A stretch of 62,796 nt of DNA, filler included, from Globobulimina sp. (Eukaryota): assembly GCA_003354225.1 (NCBI GenBank). It is 38 parts of 38 records of this genome, joined end to end, with 100 filler letters (N's around TTAATTAATTAA, not from the genome) between each part and the next. Parts side by side here need not be neighbours in the genome. Positions count along the whole stretch, not along the records: positions 48,011 to 49,564 come from PIVH01014892.1; positions 49,665 to 51,218 come from PIVH01014893.1; positions 51,319 to 52,872 come from PIVH01014894.1; positions 52,973 to 54,526 come from PIVH01014895.1; positions 54,627 to 56,180 come from PIVH01014896.1; positions 56,281 to 57,834 come from PIVH01014897.1; positions 57,935 to 59,488 come from PIVH01014898.1; positions 59,589 to 61,142 come from PIVH01014899.1; 30 more parts are not named here. One strand, 5' to 3'. Of the stretch, positions 49,195 to 61,632 are shown in pieces (position 1 is the stretch's first letter; each line of letters starts with the position of its first letter). The position numbers and the translations under genes are program-made. The notes below the pieces were generated by a model, which worked only from the letters and a program-made list of their open reading frames with translations, had not been told where the DNA came from and did not search any database.

Positions 49195-49428
49195 GTATTC
49201 CTAGTTTTTGTTGAAAAGAGTTTGTAGTAAAAGTACTTTATCCTTGCACTAGAAAAACGTTTTAAACGTTGCTATCATCAACAAATATTGGCTCAAATTA
49301 TAGATTGTGTGCAAGGATAACATATTCATTCCTTAACTATGAACGAATTCAAATTATTCAATACACAGAACACAAAAATAATACAGAACACCCATATTTT
49401 ATGTAATTACATCTGATTTTACTTCCTT

Positions 49429-49564
49429 TCACATATATGCAGTGGATGACCCCTCATTTCCTTGTTTCAATTTTTGAAACTCTGCCCATAAATCTTTATA
49501 ATCTTTGAATTTGGTGATACCGCCTAATTGTTTGATATTTGCTTGATCCAAATCAGGTAAATCC
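49429..49564 (-). CDS. SAM-like C-terminal fragment
   Basis: DLPDLDQANIKQLGGITKFKDYKDLWAEFQKL. Confidence 0.4.
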
Positions 49565-51355
49565 NNNNNNNNNNNNNNNNNNNNNNNNNNNNNNNNNNNN
49601 NNNNNNNNTTAATTAATTAANNNNNNNNNNNNNNNNNNNNNNNNNNNNNNNNNNNNNNNNNNNNTTTTCTGGACATAAAATGATATTAGAATTATTTTCT
49701 GAGCAAATCGTTTTTCTGATCATTTTCTAACATTTACAGACCATTTTCAAATTCAAATTGTTTTCTGGTGATATTCTCAAATTTGTCTAATCATTTTCTA
49801 ATATCAGAAAAGTGATATTGATGTTAGACAAATTTTAGAAAAACGACAAAAACAAATCATGAATCTAGCTATTGAGAGAGCTTTTAATTCGTGAATAATC
49901 ATCAAAATACTGCCTAATATGATAATAATAATAATTATTGTTAATACCAATGTGATTAATATGATTTATGACATACAGCAATGTCTAAATAAACAAATTC
50001 ATGTTATGTTCTTGCTACTTGTTGTCCTTTACATGCATAAATAAATACGGCGCTACACACACACCGCTTGTCATAAAATAATGTAACAAACGCGGCAACT
50101 TCGTCCGTATTCCATACATAAATATGTGGTGCTCTGTACACACCGTTTGTCATAACAATCAATATAATAATACACGAATAACTTTAACAGATTGCCATGA
50201 TTTGACAATGGAAAATTGCTCCAAATACCATCAAAATCACATTTAAATCACACACTAACCCAAATCACATGAAATCACATTCAAAATATACATTTTAGTG
50301 ATTTTCAATGAGTCCAATACATGAAAACATCCGTTATTTTCAACAAAAAAATAATATAAAACATAATCAGATTATATAATTGTATCTATTTGAAAAGGAG
50401 GAATTGCTCCAAATACAGTCAAAATTATTCCATAATCACATACTAGCCCAAATCCCATGGAATTATATTCAATATATTCCATTCAATACATTTCAATGAG
50501 ACCAATGCATGCGGTAATATTAGGAAAATTGTGTAATAATTTCCATAAATAAATAAGGTGCCATGTACAGACAGTTTGCCATCAATATAATACTGCGATG
50601 GCACTGTATCATCCATCAATAAATCCGGTGTTTATGTACACACCGATTACCATCATTATAATGCTGCGATGACAATGTACATCCATAAATAATTGTTTTT
50701 TACTCTCAAGTGACCGAAGTTTAATGCAATTTGACTTTCCGTCTAGGAACGTAATAATATTGAAAGTTAGAAAAATGGATGCAATGGATTTATTTATGGA
50801 TCGATGATGCAGTACCATCACAGCATTATAATGATGGCAAACGGTGTGTACATAAACAGCGGATTTATTTATGGCATGAATATGCTGCCATTACTTGCAT
50901 ATTATTATGGTTATTATTGGCATTAATATATACATATGCATATGGAAAGAAAAACATATTCATTTGATATGTTTATTACACTGTGTTTGGTTTATATATG
51001 TTATACAACCTCATTTTACAGTGGATAATATAAAGTCTTTTAAAATATTAGGTTTTGTTTGGAAAATATTTCCAATATTTGATTTGTATCAGAAAACATT
51101 TCTGATATCAGAAAAAGAATATATTATATTAGGATAAAATTTGTCCATTATGTGGTGCGAAAAGGAATATATCCAATTACCATTTAATTTGGTTGTGTAG
51201 GGCCATCAGAAGGGATATNNNNNNNNNNNNNNNNNNNNNNNNNNNNNNNNNNNNNNNNNNNNTTAATTAATTAANNNNNNNNNNNNNNNNNNNNNNNNNN
51301 NNNNNNNNNNNNNNNNNNAAATGTTTTTATGTATAAAAATAAATAAACAGAACAC

Positions 51356-51836
51356 TTAACAATTGTGTATAGGTAAAGGTATATTCAAAACCACCGTCTC
51401 TGCAATCGCACCATGGCTATATATAATTTGTATATTGATATTTACATACATAGAAACGCAACAATATGAATACAAACACGTAACTTTCGAACCAGGAAAC
51501 TTGCCAATAGTTTGCAAAGCGTTTCTATCATTTGAAACTTGCGCTAATTCATAACTCCACGGACATGCATCATATGGACCAACCACTTTTACATCAAGCA
51601 AAGGTTGAGATTCCCAATGTGCGATATGAACTTCATAATCTCCTTTGATTTCATTTAAGTAATTGTATGCTTTTTGTGCCGATATAAATGATGCAATGCT
51701 CATTCCCATCGTAAATAATGCTCCAACGACCGCAACACACATCGATAGTTTTTGCTTAAATATATAAATTAAATGAAAAAAATAATACCAAAATGATTCA
51801 CAAAAACAATACCTTCGTTCTCTTGTTGAGCCCCAT
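51356..51836 (-). CDS. Membrane-anchored hypothetical protein with introns, partial
   Basis: Short MGLNKRTK exon, TM segment, Cys-containing ectodomain. Confidence 0.45.
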
Positions 51837-52006
51837 GATTTTCTATGTTAATTTCGCTGAAAAGTTTTTGGCTTCAAGTATCAGTGTCGAGTACAATTAA
51901 TATCATTATAAATAATTTGATGTCATGATGACGAGAGTCAGATGTAATTACAACCTCATTGTATACAAATCAGAGAGCAAACAAAAACGATGATATGTTG
52001 ATATGT

Positions 52007-52872
52007 TCAAAGAATTTTATTTTCATCAATAGTATCAAACATAGCACCGCCTTGATGCTCTCTCTCTGCTTTTTTTATTTTGATCCTCAATTTCCTTAAT
52101 TGTTCTGGTGAATAATCATCTTGCGAGAAACACACAGAATAAACCACAACAAGCCATAAACAAATATAAAATGCGATAGCCAGCCAAATGCCACTATGCA
52201 AAAATATATTTATCTGCATAGACTCACACAACGTGTCCGCGCCAAAGTGCATCGACAATGAGCGGCAATATTGCGCATATTGGTGCTGTACAATGTACTC
52301 AAAGGTTTGCGGCAATTCCTTCCAAATGAGAATACACGAAATGATAATCACATCAATAGCATTTAGCATATGGCTCCACCAAATTATCCCTTTCAATCGA
52401 ATGTGAATCCATTTCGGCATTGGTATGAGCCATAAAATAGTTAACAACAAAATCGTAATCAATGGGAAAACCACGCCAAATAATTCATAAATTATCCTTA
52501 ACAACTTCGTATTTCCGTCATTATTTTCGGTGTCCACACTCTGAACGAGACCGTCCAACGAATAGATACGTTTTGCCGGCGGATTTATCATAAATGAAGA
52601 TATCGCACCGACATATTCCACCTCAACGAATGCAATTTGCCCTATAAACAGCGCAATGGCACACATCACCACAAACACAAAACACACAAAACTCATCATC
52701 TTGACGCAAAACGTGCGAAAACTATAGTTTTTACTGAATAACAGCGGAGATTGAGGCTCGTTATAGGAGCTCGGAGATATACTATCATTTCGCGACTTTG
52801 TTTGTTGAATAATTGCGTCAAAACGCGATTTCATATCAAATTGCTGCGGCAAATCAGGTAAGCGATAGAAGG
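52007..52872 (-). CDS. PqiA (paraquat-inducible A)-like membrane protein, C-terminal part
   Basis: IYSL, FGVVFPL..LWLIPM, LNAIDVIIISC..ELP, LHSGIWL. Confidence 0.55.
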
Positions 52873-53012
52873 NNNNNNNNNNNNNNNNNNNNNNNNNNNN
52901 NNNNNNNNNNNNNNNNTTAATTAATTAANNNNNNNNNNNNNNNNNNNNNNNNNNNNNNNNNNNNNNNNNNNNGATTTAATTGCAATCATTGTAACATAAT
53001 AAAGCGTCATCA

Positions 53013-54526
53013 TCATCTGTGTCGCCGTGAGCTGACAGACCCTGCACTGTTCACAAAGCGCAAAGCCATCGAACTGTCTGAAACAACATCGACGTTTTTC
53101 CGTGTTTCGTTTTCAATTTCAATTTGTTTCTCGCCAATGTTAATACTGAAGCTTTCACGCAAATATGGATGCTGTTTATGTGCAATCCATAACAAAATAA
53201 CAATGCAAGACACGCCCACATTCATCAATGCGCAGATCAGCGCAATGGCAGTCTCCCCGCCCCATTGATACCACACCGTAGAGCCGATGGTGCCGATCAT
53301 TCCACCAAAAGCGCCATACGCTAACAACAACGTATTGACCGCAGGCAATAATTTAGTTCTCGGCGTTACTCCAATCATAATATCCAATATATTATTATAC
53401 CATATCTGGCAGCCACAAAAGTAGAAAAATATGATGACACAGGCCCCAAATAATCCGATTTGCTGTTCCATGCACAAGTAACTGATCGGCTGTATGCACA
53501 TTGACAAAACCTGCATGACCGAGCCCATAACGCATGTCATGTGGATAGAACACTTTATTTTGGTCACAATCACCGGAACGATGCCGGTGCCGACCAAACA
53601 GCCGCCGGCCACACACAACGTGATATAGCCAGCTTGCTGCGGTCCCAAACCATAAGAAGTGGACAGCCATTTACTGAAAGTATAATAAAACGCATTCCGT
53701 GCAATCTTGTTCAAGAGCACAGAGACAAAGACAAACTGCAAACGTTTATGCATCAAAGCTTCCTTTAAATGTAAGTAAGAATATTTCTTCTTTTTGTGCT
53801 TGTGGCCATCAGCAATATCAATGTGCCAAGCCGGCACAATCATGAATACACAGAAAGCGATGCATACGATCAATATGGCAGCGCCGATGAAGAAGATCCG
53901 CCAACCAAAGTGTTGTAAGACGACGCCAACGACCAAGAAACCCATTGCACTGAAACCAAACGACATTTCCACGATACCGATGGCGTGCGTCCTCCTCTCG
54001 CCTCGCGTAAAAGCACCGATCGTAGCATTCACCTCCGAGCGCGCCGCTGTTATGGCAAAGCCAGTGAGCAATCTGGCCACTAATAAGCCAGTCACTGTGT
54101 GCCAGGGTAAGATGACTAAGCAGGAGGCTGCCAAAAGGAATTCAAAGATCACAATGACGTATCGCACTTTGAATTGATTGTAATATGGCACTACCAAGAT
54201 ATTCAATAGATTGCCGGGGAAATTCATTACTGCGATCAAGGCAAATAATGTATAGTTCATTTTGAAATCTTGACTGAAATACCAGGAAAATGTTGTGAAT
54301 GCTTTGTATAAAACTAAGTTTACGCTGCGATTTATCATCAAGAAAAAGATGGTCCCATAGCCTAAACGCCGAGATATTGAATGACTTGGCGGAATTAAAC
54401 GAGTTGTTTCTGTGACAGTGTCACTGTTTTCAATGTTTCCATCTAATGGGTGGACCATTATTTTCGGTTTCTTCATTAACGTTGACATGATTGTAGGTAA
54501 TGTAGGTTTTTTTGCCAAGGCTTGCT
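53013..54526 (-). CDS. Major facilitator superfamily transporter
   Basis: About 12 TM helices in 6+6 layout; LLVARLLTG, ERRTHAIG, FGWRIFF. Confidence 0.85.
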
Positions 54527-54707
54527 NNNNNNNNNNNNNNNNNNNNNNNNNNNNNNNNNNNNNNNNNNNNTTAATTAATTAANNNNNNNNNNNNNNNNNN
54601 NNNNNNNNNNNNNNNNNNNNNNNNNNATAACAAGTATAACTGAACCAAATGTAAACAACTTATCGACCAGGGGGGCTGAGGGAGGGTTCTCTTTTGGAAT
54701 ATATCCA

Positions 54708-55925
54708 ATGGGATATCTCGCTCAGCTAACCATGACAAAATGTTGCCAGATGTTTCTCTTTATAGTGTTCATTGAAGTTGCTCAATCCCAGATAATCAAA
54801 AAAGAGGGAGGCTGCATTGAACAGCACAATGAATTGGACGTTGAAATTAATTCAAAAAAGCAACTTATTATAGATTTTAATGGTATAGAACTAGCAACAG
54901 AATTAATACAAAATATTGAATATGACACACAAAAATATACAAATGATAATAGAAAATCGGTCAAAGAATTAGCAGAATTGCTTCAACACAAAATTGAAAA
55001 TGATTCAGTATTATCTGGTTTGTATCAAAGAATAAAACATTTAACAAACAAGAATCAAGATTTGCAAACTCTTTTAGCACAAACTCTTTCATGCTGTGAT
55101 CAGGATTCATGCTCAAACGAAGAACATGAAAATAAAATGCCTCAAAATAATTTGATCCTTCATTTAGATGCTTCAAAGTGTGATAGTATTGATATTACAA
55201 AAGATTTGTGTGTGTTTACTGTTGCATGGCGACCACTAAAGGAAGCTTCACCATTTTTGTCTAATACAAATTCAGCACAAAGCCCACCAACATATCATAC
55301 TGATATTAACAATGAATATGGCTATTTACATTTTGATGGAGAACAGAAACAATGCATGCTTTCATCGAATACATTTAGTTTATTTCACAATGACGGTGTA
55401 ACAGTTATTTTATTATTTCGGCCAACAAAAAAACCAACAGGACACCAACAATTTATATTGAATTTAGGAAACGGATTTTCTAAACAAAATACAAACTTTG
55501 AAATTGGGATTGATGCCGGACATCCAAATGGCGCAGTTATTGGATGCTTTGGTATACATTCTGGATGTGGACATTCTACAGTTACGGATAAAATAATTAC
55601 TGACATAAATAAATGGTATTTAATTACTATGATAATGCATGAAAAAAATAATGTGGATATTTATGTGAATGGTAAACAAGAAGTAGAACAATTACACAGT
55701 GCAGATTGGAAAGGATTCAATGAAAAACGGTTTGCACCGTTCGATATAGGCTGTCGTATCGATGGTAATCATGTTCCAAATACGGTCAATGCACATGCCG
55801 CATCAATAGGAGATGAGCATTTTACTGGAGATATTTCATTTGTTACGGTGTATGATAGGATAATAAGTGAAACAGAAAAAGATCGTATTGAAGCACCTCT
55901 GTTGAAGAAATTTATTTATAATTAA
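54708..55925 (+). CDS. Coiled-coil + LamG/concanavalin A-like domain protein
   Basis: LILHLDAS, YLHFDG, NKWYLIT, IYVNG, FTGDISFVTVYDRIISETE. Confidence 0.75.
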   Translation: MGYLAQLTMTKCCQMFLFIVFIEVAQSQIIKKEGGCIEQHNELDVEINSKKQLIIDFNGIELATELIQNIEYDTQKYTNDNRKSVKELAELLQHKIENDSVLSGLYQRIKHLTNKNQDLQTLLAQTLSCCDQDSCSNEEHENKMPQNNLILHLDASKCDSIDITKDLCVFTVAWRPLKEASPFLSNTNSAQSPPTYHTDINNEYGYLHFDGEQKQCMLSSNTFSLFHNDGVTVILLFRPTKKPTGHQQFILNLGNGFSKQNTNFEIGIDAGHPNGAVIGCFGIHSGCGHSTVTDKIITDINKWYLITMIMHEKNNVDIYVNGKQEVEQLHSADWKGFNEKRFAPFDIGCRIDGNHVPNTVNAHAASIGDEHFTGDISFVTVYDRIISETEKDRIEAPLLKKFIYN

Positions 55926-55973
55926 TGATGTCCTGTCCGTGACGTTTTTGATAGAAACCTTTTTTTGTCTGCA

Positions 55974-56180
55974 ATGTCGATCATGTTTTCTGTGCTTATC
56001 AGCGTAATGTTGTTTGTTTCGTCGTCAGCATCCTTAAGCAAACCGTTAGCAGGGGAATTGTATGAAGATTTGCAAGCATTTGGCAATTTAGTGAGTGATA
56101 ATATGGTAGATTTTTTGAACAGAGATATAAAGAGTGTGGCGGCATATAGAAAAGCCGACGGTGGATGGAGTTCTTCATTA
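55974..56180 (+). CDS. Secreted protein N-terminus, partial
   Basis: Signal-peptide-like MSIMFSVLISVMLFVSSSA. Confidence 0.45.
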
Positions 56181-56280
56181 NNNNNNNNNNNNNNNNNNNN
56201 NNNNNNNNNNNNNNNNNNNNNNNNTTAATTAATTAANNNNNNNNNNNNNNNNNNNNNNNNNNNNNNNNNNNNNNNNNNNN

Positions 56281-57095
56281 TAGACATGACAATATGGCTA
56301 CTATTTAATTTTCTAAATTTACTCCCCATATTCAACTGGTCTGAAGGGAACTGCAGAGGACTCATAGTGTCCATAATTGTAATATATTCTGGCGCAAAAT
56401 TGTTTTTTTATTTATTGTTTTTGGAGCGATTATTTATTGTTTTTGAAACATCCATATATGCATTCAAACGATCTGAAATAATAATCTCTCGGATTGCATT
56501 TTTGATTTATGGAATAATTCAGAATGTAGAAATAATAATATTTGGGGATGCTTATTTCAATCAAGTTACCGGATCATGCAAATCAAAGCAACCATTTTGG
56601 TTAATGGCACAAGGCGCGTTGTTTGATGTTATTATTTGTGCAGTGATTTCGGTGCTATTTGCTCGTAGATTATTGATGAACACTTTGGTGATATCTGCAA
56701 ATCGCAGCAGTATGAAACACATAAATGATACTTTTGATCTGTTACGAAAATCTACCTTGTTAACATTCATTGCAATGCTTACCACTCCTTTTAGTATAAT
56801 GTTAGCAGCAATAGTTGGGATGGCCGGGTTTTTTATGAATATTGATAGTTTATTCAATATGTGGTGTCTGATGTTAATGTTTAGTGTTCATCAAAAATTG
56901 TTCAATGTTGTTTGTGGGACGTTGCAATCTTGTGTTACCATGCAATGCTTATCATGCTATTCCTGCGATATTTGCTCTCCAATGAGTTTAAATATGGAAT
57001 CTGACGTCGACAGTGAAAACAATGAAAACAATTCGAATGGGATTGGAACCGGAACCGGAACCGGAAAAAAACAAAAATCACAGATTGAAGTATAA
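56281..57095 (+). CDS. 7TM GPCR-like protein, 5' partial
   Basis: LFLERL after TM3-like helix, extracellular Cys pair, Cys-rich tail. Confidence 0.65.
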
Positions 57096-57934
57096 AGCAA
57101 ATATATAGTTAGTATCGACCATGAAACAATTACATTATATCTTTTTAATTATGTCGAAATTTGAGCTTGATGATCAGGCAGTTTTTCAATAAAATGAGCG
57201 TCTAAAAGTGTTTTTGCATGACACATCATTCAGATCAAATATTTCACAATGGACAATTTGTATGATCGATCATTTGAATTGAAAGTAAAATATCACTTGC
57301 ATGAAGATGAAAATCATGAGGATAGTATTTCTACAGAAAATGCCGCTGAAAAACATTTCAAATGGTTGAATAAATTGATATCATATTCTCCACCAAAACA
57401 ATATCAGGTAATTAATATCTAACCATTAAATATCTAACCATTTGTAAGGATTTCGTGTCAATAATTTATTCGTTTCTGCATTTATATATTCCACTACACG
57501 ACCTTCCACAGACTCATTGTTGCATAATACTTGCATAATACTTGCACAACATCACCAACATCAAATGGAATAAGTGTTACATTCGCCATGTTTAGTAAAA
57601 GTGTTACTGTAAACCCAAAGTTTTTTAAAAGATGCTCTCCAAATCCAATTACATGTATCATCCATATGCATCAGCATCAGCATCAGCAGTATCTGCGTTA
57701 ATGAACACGAGAAAGTGCAGTATTCGTAGGACAAAATTAGGCAAACCAGTCTCACCATCAATTACACTTTCATCAACCTTTGGATTTGACACTGTAAAGG
57801 ATTGTGTTGATGTTGCATTTGGGAAATCAGAGGGNNNNNNNNNNNNNNNNNNNNNNNNNNNNNNNNNNNNNNNNNNNNTTAATTAATTAANNNNNNNNNN
57901 NNNNNNNNNNNNNNNNNNNNNNNNNNNNNNNNNN

Positions 57935-57990
57935 CCTAGTATTCGAAGTTGACCTAGGTCATCCAATACTAGGTAACTTCGAATACTAGG
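57935..57990. repeat. 16-bp inverted repeat CCTAGTATTCGAAGTT / AACTTCGAATACTAGG at the contig start
   Basis: Direct reading. Confidence 0.7.
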
Positions 57991-58082
57991 TTGAAAACCA
58001 CTCTAGCTAACCCAAAAACATTGCCAATCGTTGAAATGAAATGAAACGAAACTAAGCCAAAAAAGTTAAGTGTAACTTTTTG

Positions 58083-59374
58083 TCAACGATCTGTGTCAAT
58101 ATTATATCCCCAAACATCTGCAGCAATTTTGAAGAATTTATCCATAGCACTTATATTTTTATCATAAATCAAATCGAATATATCCTGTACAGATTTGGAA
58201 AATGTATAATTTCTCCAATCTAAAGACATATTTCTTGGAACATATTCTTGTGCTAAATATTTATTTGCGGCTAATTTATGTGGAAACAATTCCTTTGGAA
58301 TCTCATCACAACCCAAAAATTGACTAATTTTTATCCATGGATTTACCTCACATTCTAAGCATAAAATTAACACATTTTTATCAATACTTTGACCAATTCT
58401 ATGTTTCCCGAAATATTGCAAAATATTCGCATGATGTTTTTCGTATAATCGAGCCATTGACATTATTAATTCCACCAATCTGTTATGTGCAGTTAATCTA
58501 TGTTCAAACGCACTGTTCCAAAATAATAATAATTCCAAATCTGTGTTTTGTTTTCGTTTCTGGTGCACTCTTCTCATTAAATGATATTTAATAACACTGT
58601 TCACGCGGTAATAGGTCGAGGCTCTTATGGTATAAATGTACTTTGAATGTGGGTACAATTTATCCCATAATGGATATAAAAATAACCAGGGCGAATCAGC
58701 AAATATTTGACTAACATTCGACATGAGATACAAATGAGTAAAATAGGAATAATTTGCAAAAGCCCATGTTATATCATCTGAGGAAAACGCTCTCCAATAA
58801 CTTATAGTAATTTGTGTCAAATGTTTCTGTGTCAAATTATTCATGAATTATTGAAATACCTCAATGGATATCTCAATTTATTTGGATACGGCGTGGAAAG
58901 CTCATGATATTGACATGTTTATCTTATCCATGATTGCCAATATTTAACACAATTATAACCGAATTTGTTTAATGCATAAACCATTGTCGTAGTGCCTGTT
59001 TTTTGCAGGCCAATGTTGAATATTTTACCCTGGTATTTGCAATATGGATTTTCAGCAAATTGGTTGGTTGCAATTTGTTTGATGTTAATATTAGGAATGG
59101 AATAATTATAAGCAGCAGATATATGGAGGAATGGATCAGTGGTTGTATTTGTTTGAGTAATGTTATAATGAGACCACCATTCTTGTTTATGGTACCATTC
59201 GCATTCATTATTAATGACAAGTGGTTGCACAGTTTTGTTTGGTTTATTTGTTTTGAATGTTATTGCGCTTGAAGTTGTAGTGTTGATTAGTAATAGTTGG
59301 GAGATAATTGATGCAATAGCAACAACCAGCAAAATGAACAAAGGGATTAACAAAACAAAAACTCTCTCACTCAT
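58083..59374 (-). CDS. Type II membrane sulfotransferase-family protein, split into two ORFs (junction 58845-58919 unresolved)
   Basis: N-terminal TM; IFNIGLQKTGTTTM (PAPS loop); FADSPW..YPHSKYIYTIR. Confidence 0.75.
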
Positions 59375-59588
59375 TTCAGTTTGGATGTAGTTTAGAAAAC
59401 TTTGTTAACAAAAGCTAGCTTTACAGATTGATGTGGTCTGCACATTTTACATAGTGTCAAATGAGAAAAAAAGTATAACCTATAAGTANNNNNNNNNNNN
59501 NNNNNNNNNNNNNNNNNNNNNNNNNNNNNNNNTTAATTAATTAANNNNNNNNNNNNNNNNNNNNNNNNNNNNNNNNNNNNNNNNNNNN

Positions 59589-60803
59589 CAACAGTTCTCT
59601 AAACAAAAATTAGTGTTGGATGATATGATTGAAATCGATGAGAATGAACAAAACCAAGATGATGCATTACCATTACAATTGGCCATGAAATATAAATTTG
59701 TTACTCCATGGACCTCTATGATTGTTGTTAAACAAAAAGAGGGAAAGAAAAAACCAAAAATAGTGGATGAAGATATTCAAAAATTGCATGAAGCACTACA
59801 ACTATTTGAAAGGAAAGAAGCACATTTAGAGAAAAAGATTTATATATGTTTAAATAACGCAAAAACAAAATCAAACCGCAGAGATAAAAAGGGTGCGTTG
59901 TTTGAAATAAAAAAGAAGAAACAGTTTGAAAAAGAAGAAACAGTTTTAATACAAGCTAAAAAGTTGAATATAGACAGTCAAATTATGGTTTCCGAAGAGG
60001 ATAATCACAACAATGGAACATTAAAAGCAATGAAAACTGCACTAAAAACAATGAAAACGGATGAATTGATAGAAGATATAAATGAAGCAAGCTCAATGCA
60101 GATGGAAATGAATGATGCAATGTCACAGCCTTTAGGAGATCTAGATGTGTATGATGATGATTTAGAAGCTGAATTAGCTGAGTTAGAAGAAACGGAAGCT
60201 GATGAATTGTTGAATGAAATGCCTGTACATGCTTATTATGCTTCGAATTGTAGCCAATTGCAAGATGATGGCATGATATGTGAGTTTGGTGTACCCTCTG
60301 TGCCACAAAAAATAATAAATACTGTGGATGAGGACAATGAATTGGCTGAGTTAGAGGCGATGATGAATGGTTCAACAGATCAGGATGAGAAAAGGCAAGA
60401 TTTGGTGTCGACGTCTAGATTCGTGGTTGAATCAGAAGAGAAAAAACAAGTAAAAAAAACAATTGAAGCATATAATGATAAGGAAATAAGAATAACATTT
60501 GAAATTATTAAATCATCGAAAGATTCGGATACATGTCGTGTGTTAGCTACGTTTTATAATAAAACATCAGAGGATATGGAAAATTTTAGTTTTATTGTGG
60601 ATATTCCAGAATATATTAACTTACAAATGCAAGCAGCGAATGGCACAAAATTGTTGAAAGAATCAAAGAATACAATAAGTCAAGAGTTTGAATTGGATAA
60701 TACCAAATATGGGGACAAACCATTTGTGGTGAATATGAAAATAACTTTTATACATAATTCTAAACAATGTGAAATCTTTACAACTGTGCAGATTTCTGTA
60801 TGA
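59589..60803 (+). CDS. Fusion ORF: ITIH/VIT-vWA C-terminal motif + Snf7/ESCRT-III domain + gamma-adaptin ear domain, 5' partial
   Basis: LAMKYKFVTPWTSMIVV; KKGALFEIKKKKQFEK..MSQPLG..DDDLEAELAELE; AYNDKEIRITF..ATFYN..NFSFIVDIPEYINLQMQAANG..ISQ. Confidence 0.75.
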   Translation, partial: QQFSKQKLVLDDMIEIDENEQNQDDALPLQLAMKYKFVTPWTSMIVVKQKEGKKKPKIVDEDIQKLHEALQLFERKEAHLEKKIYICLNNAKTKSNRRDKKGALFEIKKKKQFEKEETVLIQAKKLNIDSQIMVSEEDNHNNGTLKAMKTALKTMKTDELIEDINEASSMQMEMNDAMSQPLGDLDVYDDDLEAELAELEETEADELLNEMPVHAYYASNCSQLQDDGMICEFGVPSVPQKIINTVDEDNELAELEAMMNGSTDQDEKRQDLVSTSRFVVESEEKKQVKKTIEAYNDKEIRITFEIIKSSKDSDTCRVLATFYNKTSEDMENFSFIVDIPEYINLQMQAANGTKLLKESKNTISQEFELDNTKYGDKPFVVNMKITFIHNSKQCEIFTTVQISV

Positions 60804-61242
60804 AAAATCGCTGTCAAATTAGTAAAATAAGTATATTTATCTGTATTAATTAATTAAGTAATTATTAATAATTAATAGCATAGAAACTTCTTCAAAACAC
60901 TAAGAATAGCATAGAAACACAGTTGTGAAGTTTTGGAAATGTTCGGAACTTCAAATTTATCGAGATGTCGTACGACAGATCTCAAACCAACACCATAAAC
61001 CAGTCTCCTTATTGCTTTGAACGTATTCTAATGATTTTCGCGGGATTTGTCAACAATGAAGCATCGAAATCAAACAGGTATACAATGCTCGAATTAAAAA
61101 CAGATACAATAAATATTAATAAAAACGTAAATAGCAGTATTANNNNNNNNNNNNNNNNNNNNNNNNNNNNNNNNNNNNNNNNNNNNTTAATTAATTAANN
61201 NNNNNNNNNNNNNNNNNNNNNNNNNNNNNNNNNNNNNNNNNN

Positions 61243-61632
61243 ATTATTTAAAGAATTGTCCTTAGCCAAATAATGGGCGAAGTAGCAAACATATGCGCCA
61301 CAAACTAAACTCAGTTCACTTTGCAACCTAAAAGGTGAAGTTTTGTAAACTCCTAATTGGTTCATAAAATGACCGATTTCTTCGCCATAGAAGCCTGGAG
61401 ACTTCGCGAAACTATCCACAAACAATACTTCACCTGCACTAACATAGATCAATAACCAATGGCCCCACTTTTCATGACTCGAAGCGGAGTTGCAACAAAT
61501 TATGTTTGGCTTATTATAATCGATAAAAGTTTTAGCCAAATGCAGTTTGTCGCTGCTGTATGTACCACGAAAATATGGGGCTACCGATTTATCGATCGAA
61601 CCTAATATTTTATCAATCTGTTCTGTGTTCAT
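61243..61632 (-). CDS. Adenain-like cysteine protease (Maverick/Polinton PRO), 3' partial
   Basis: FRGTYSSD, GHWLLIY (His), FVDSF (Asp), LQSELSLVCGAY (Gln, Cys). Confidence 0.9.

Noticed and set aside
1558-61242. Regularly spaced TTAATTAATTAA repeats resembling an array
   Set aside because: Artificial six-frame-stop linkers flanked by Ns; not CRISPR and not biological
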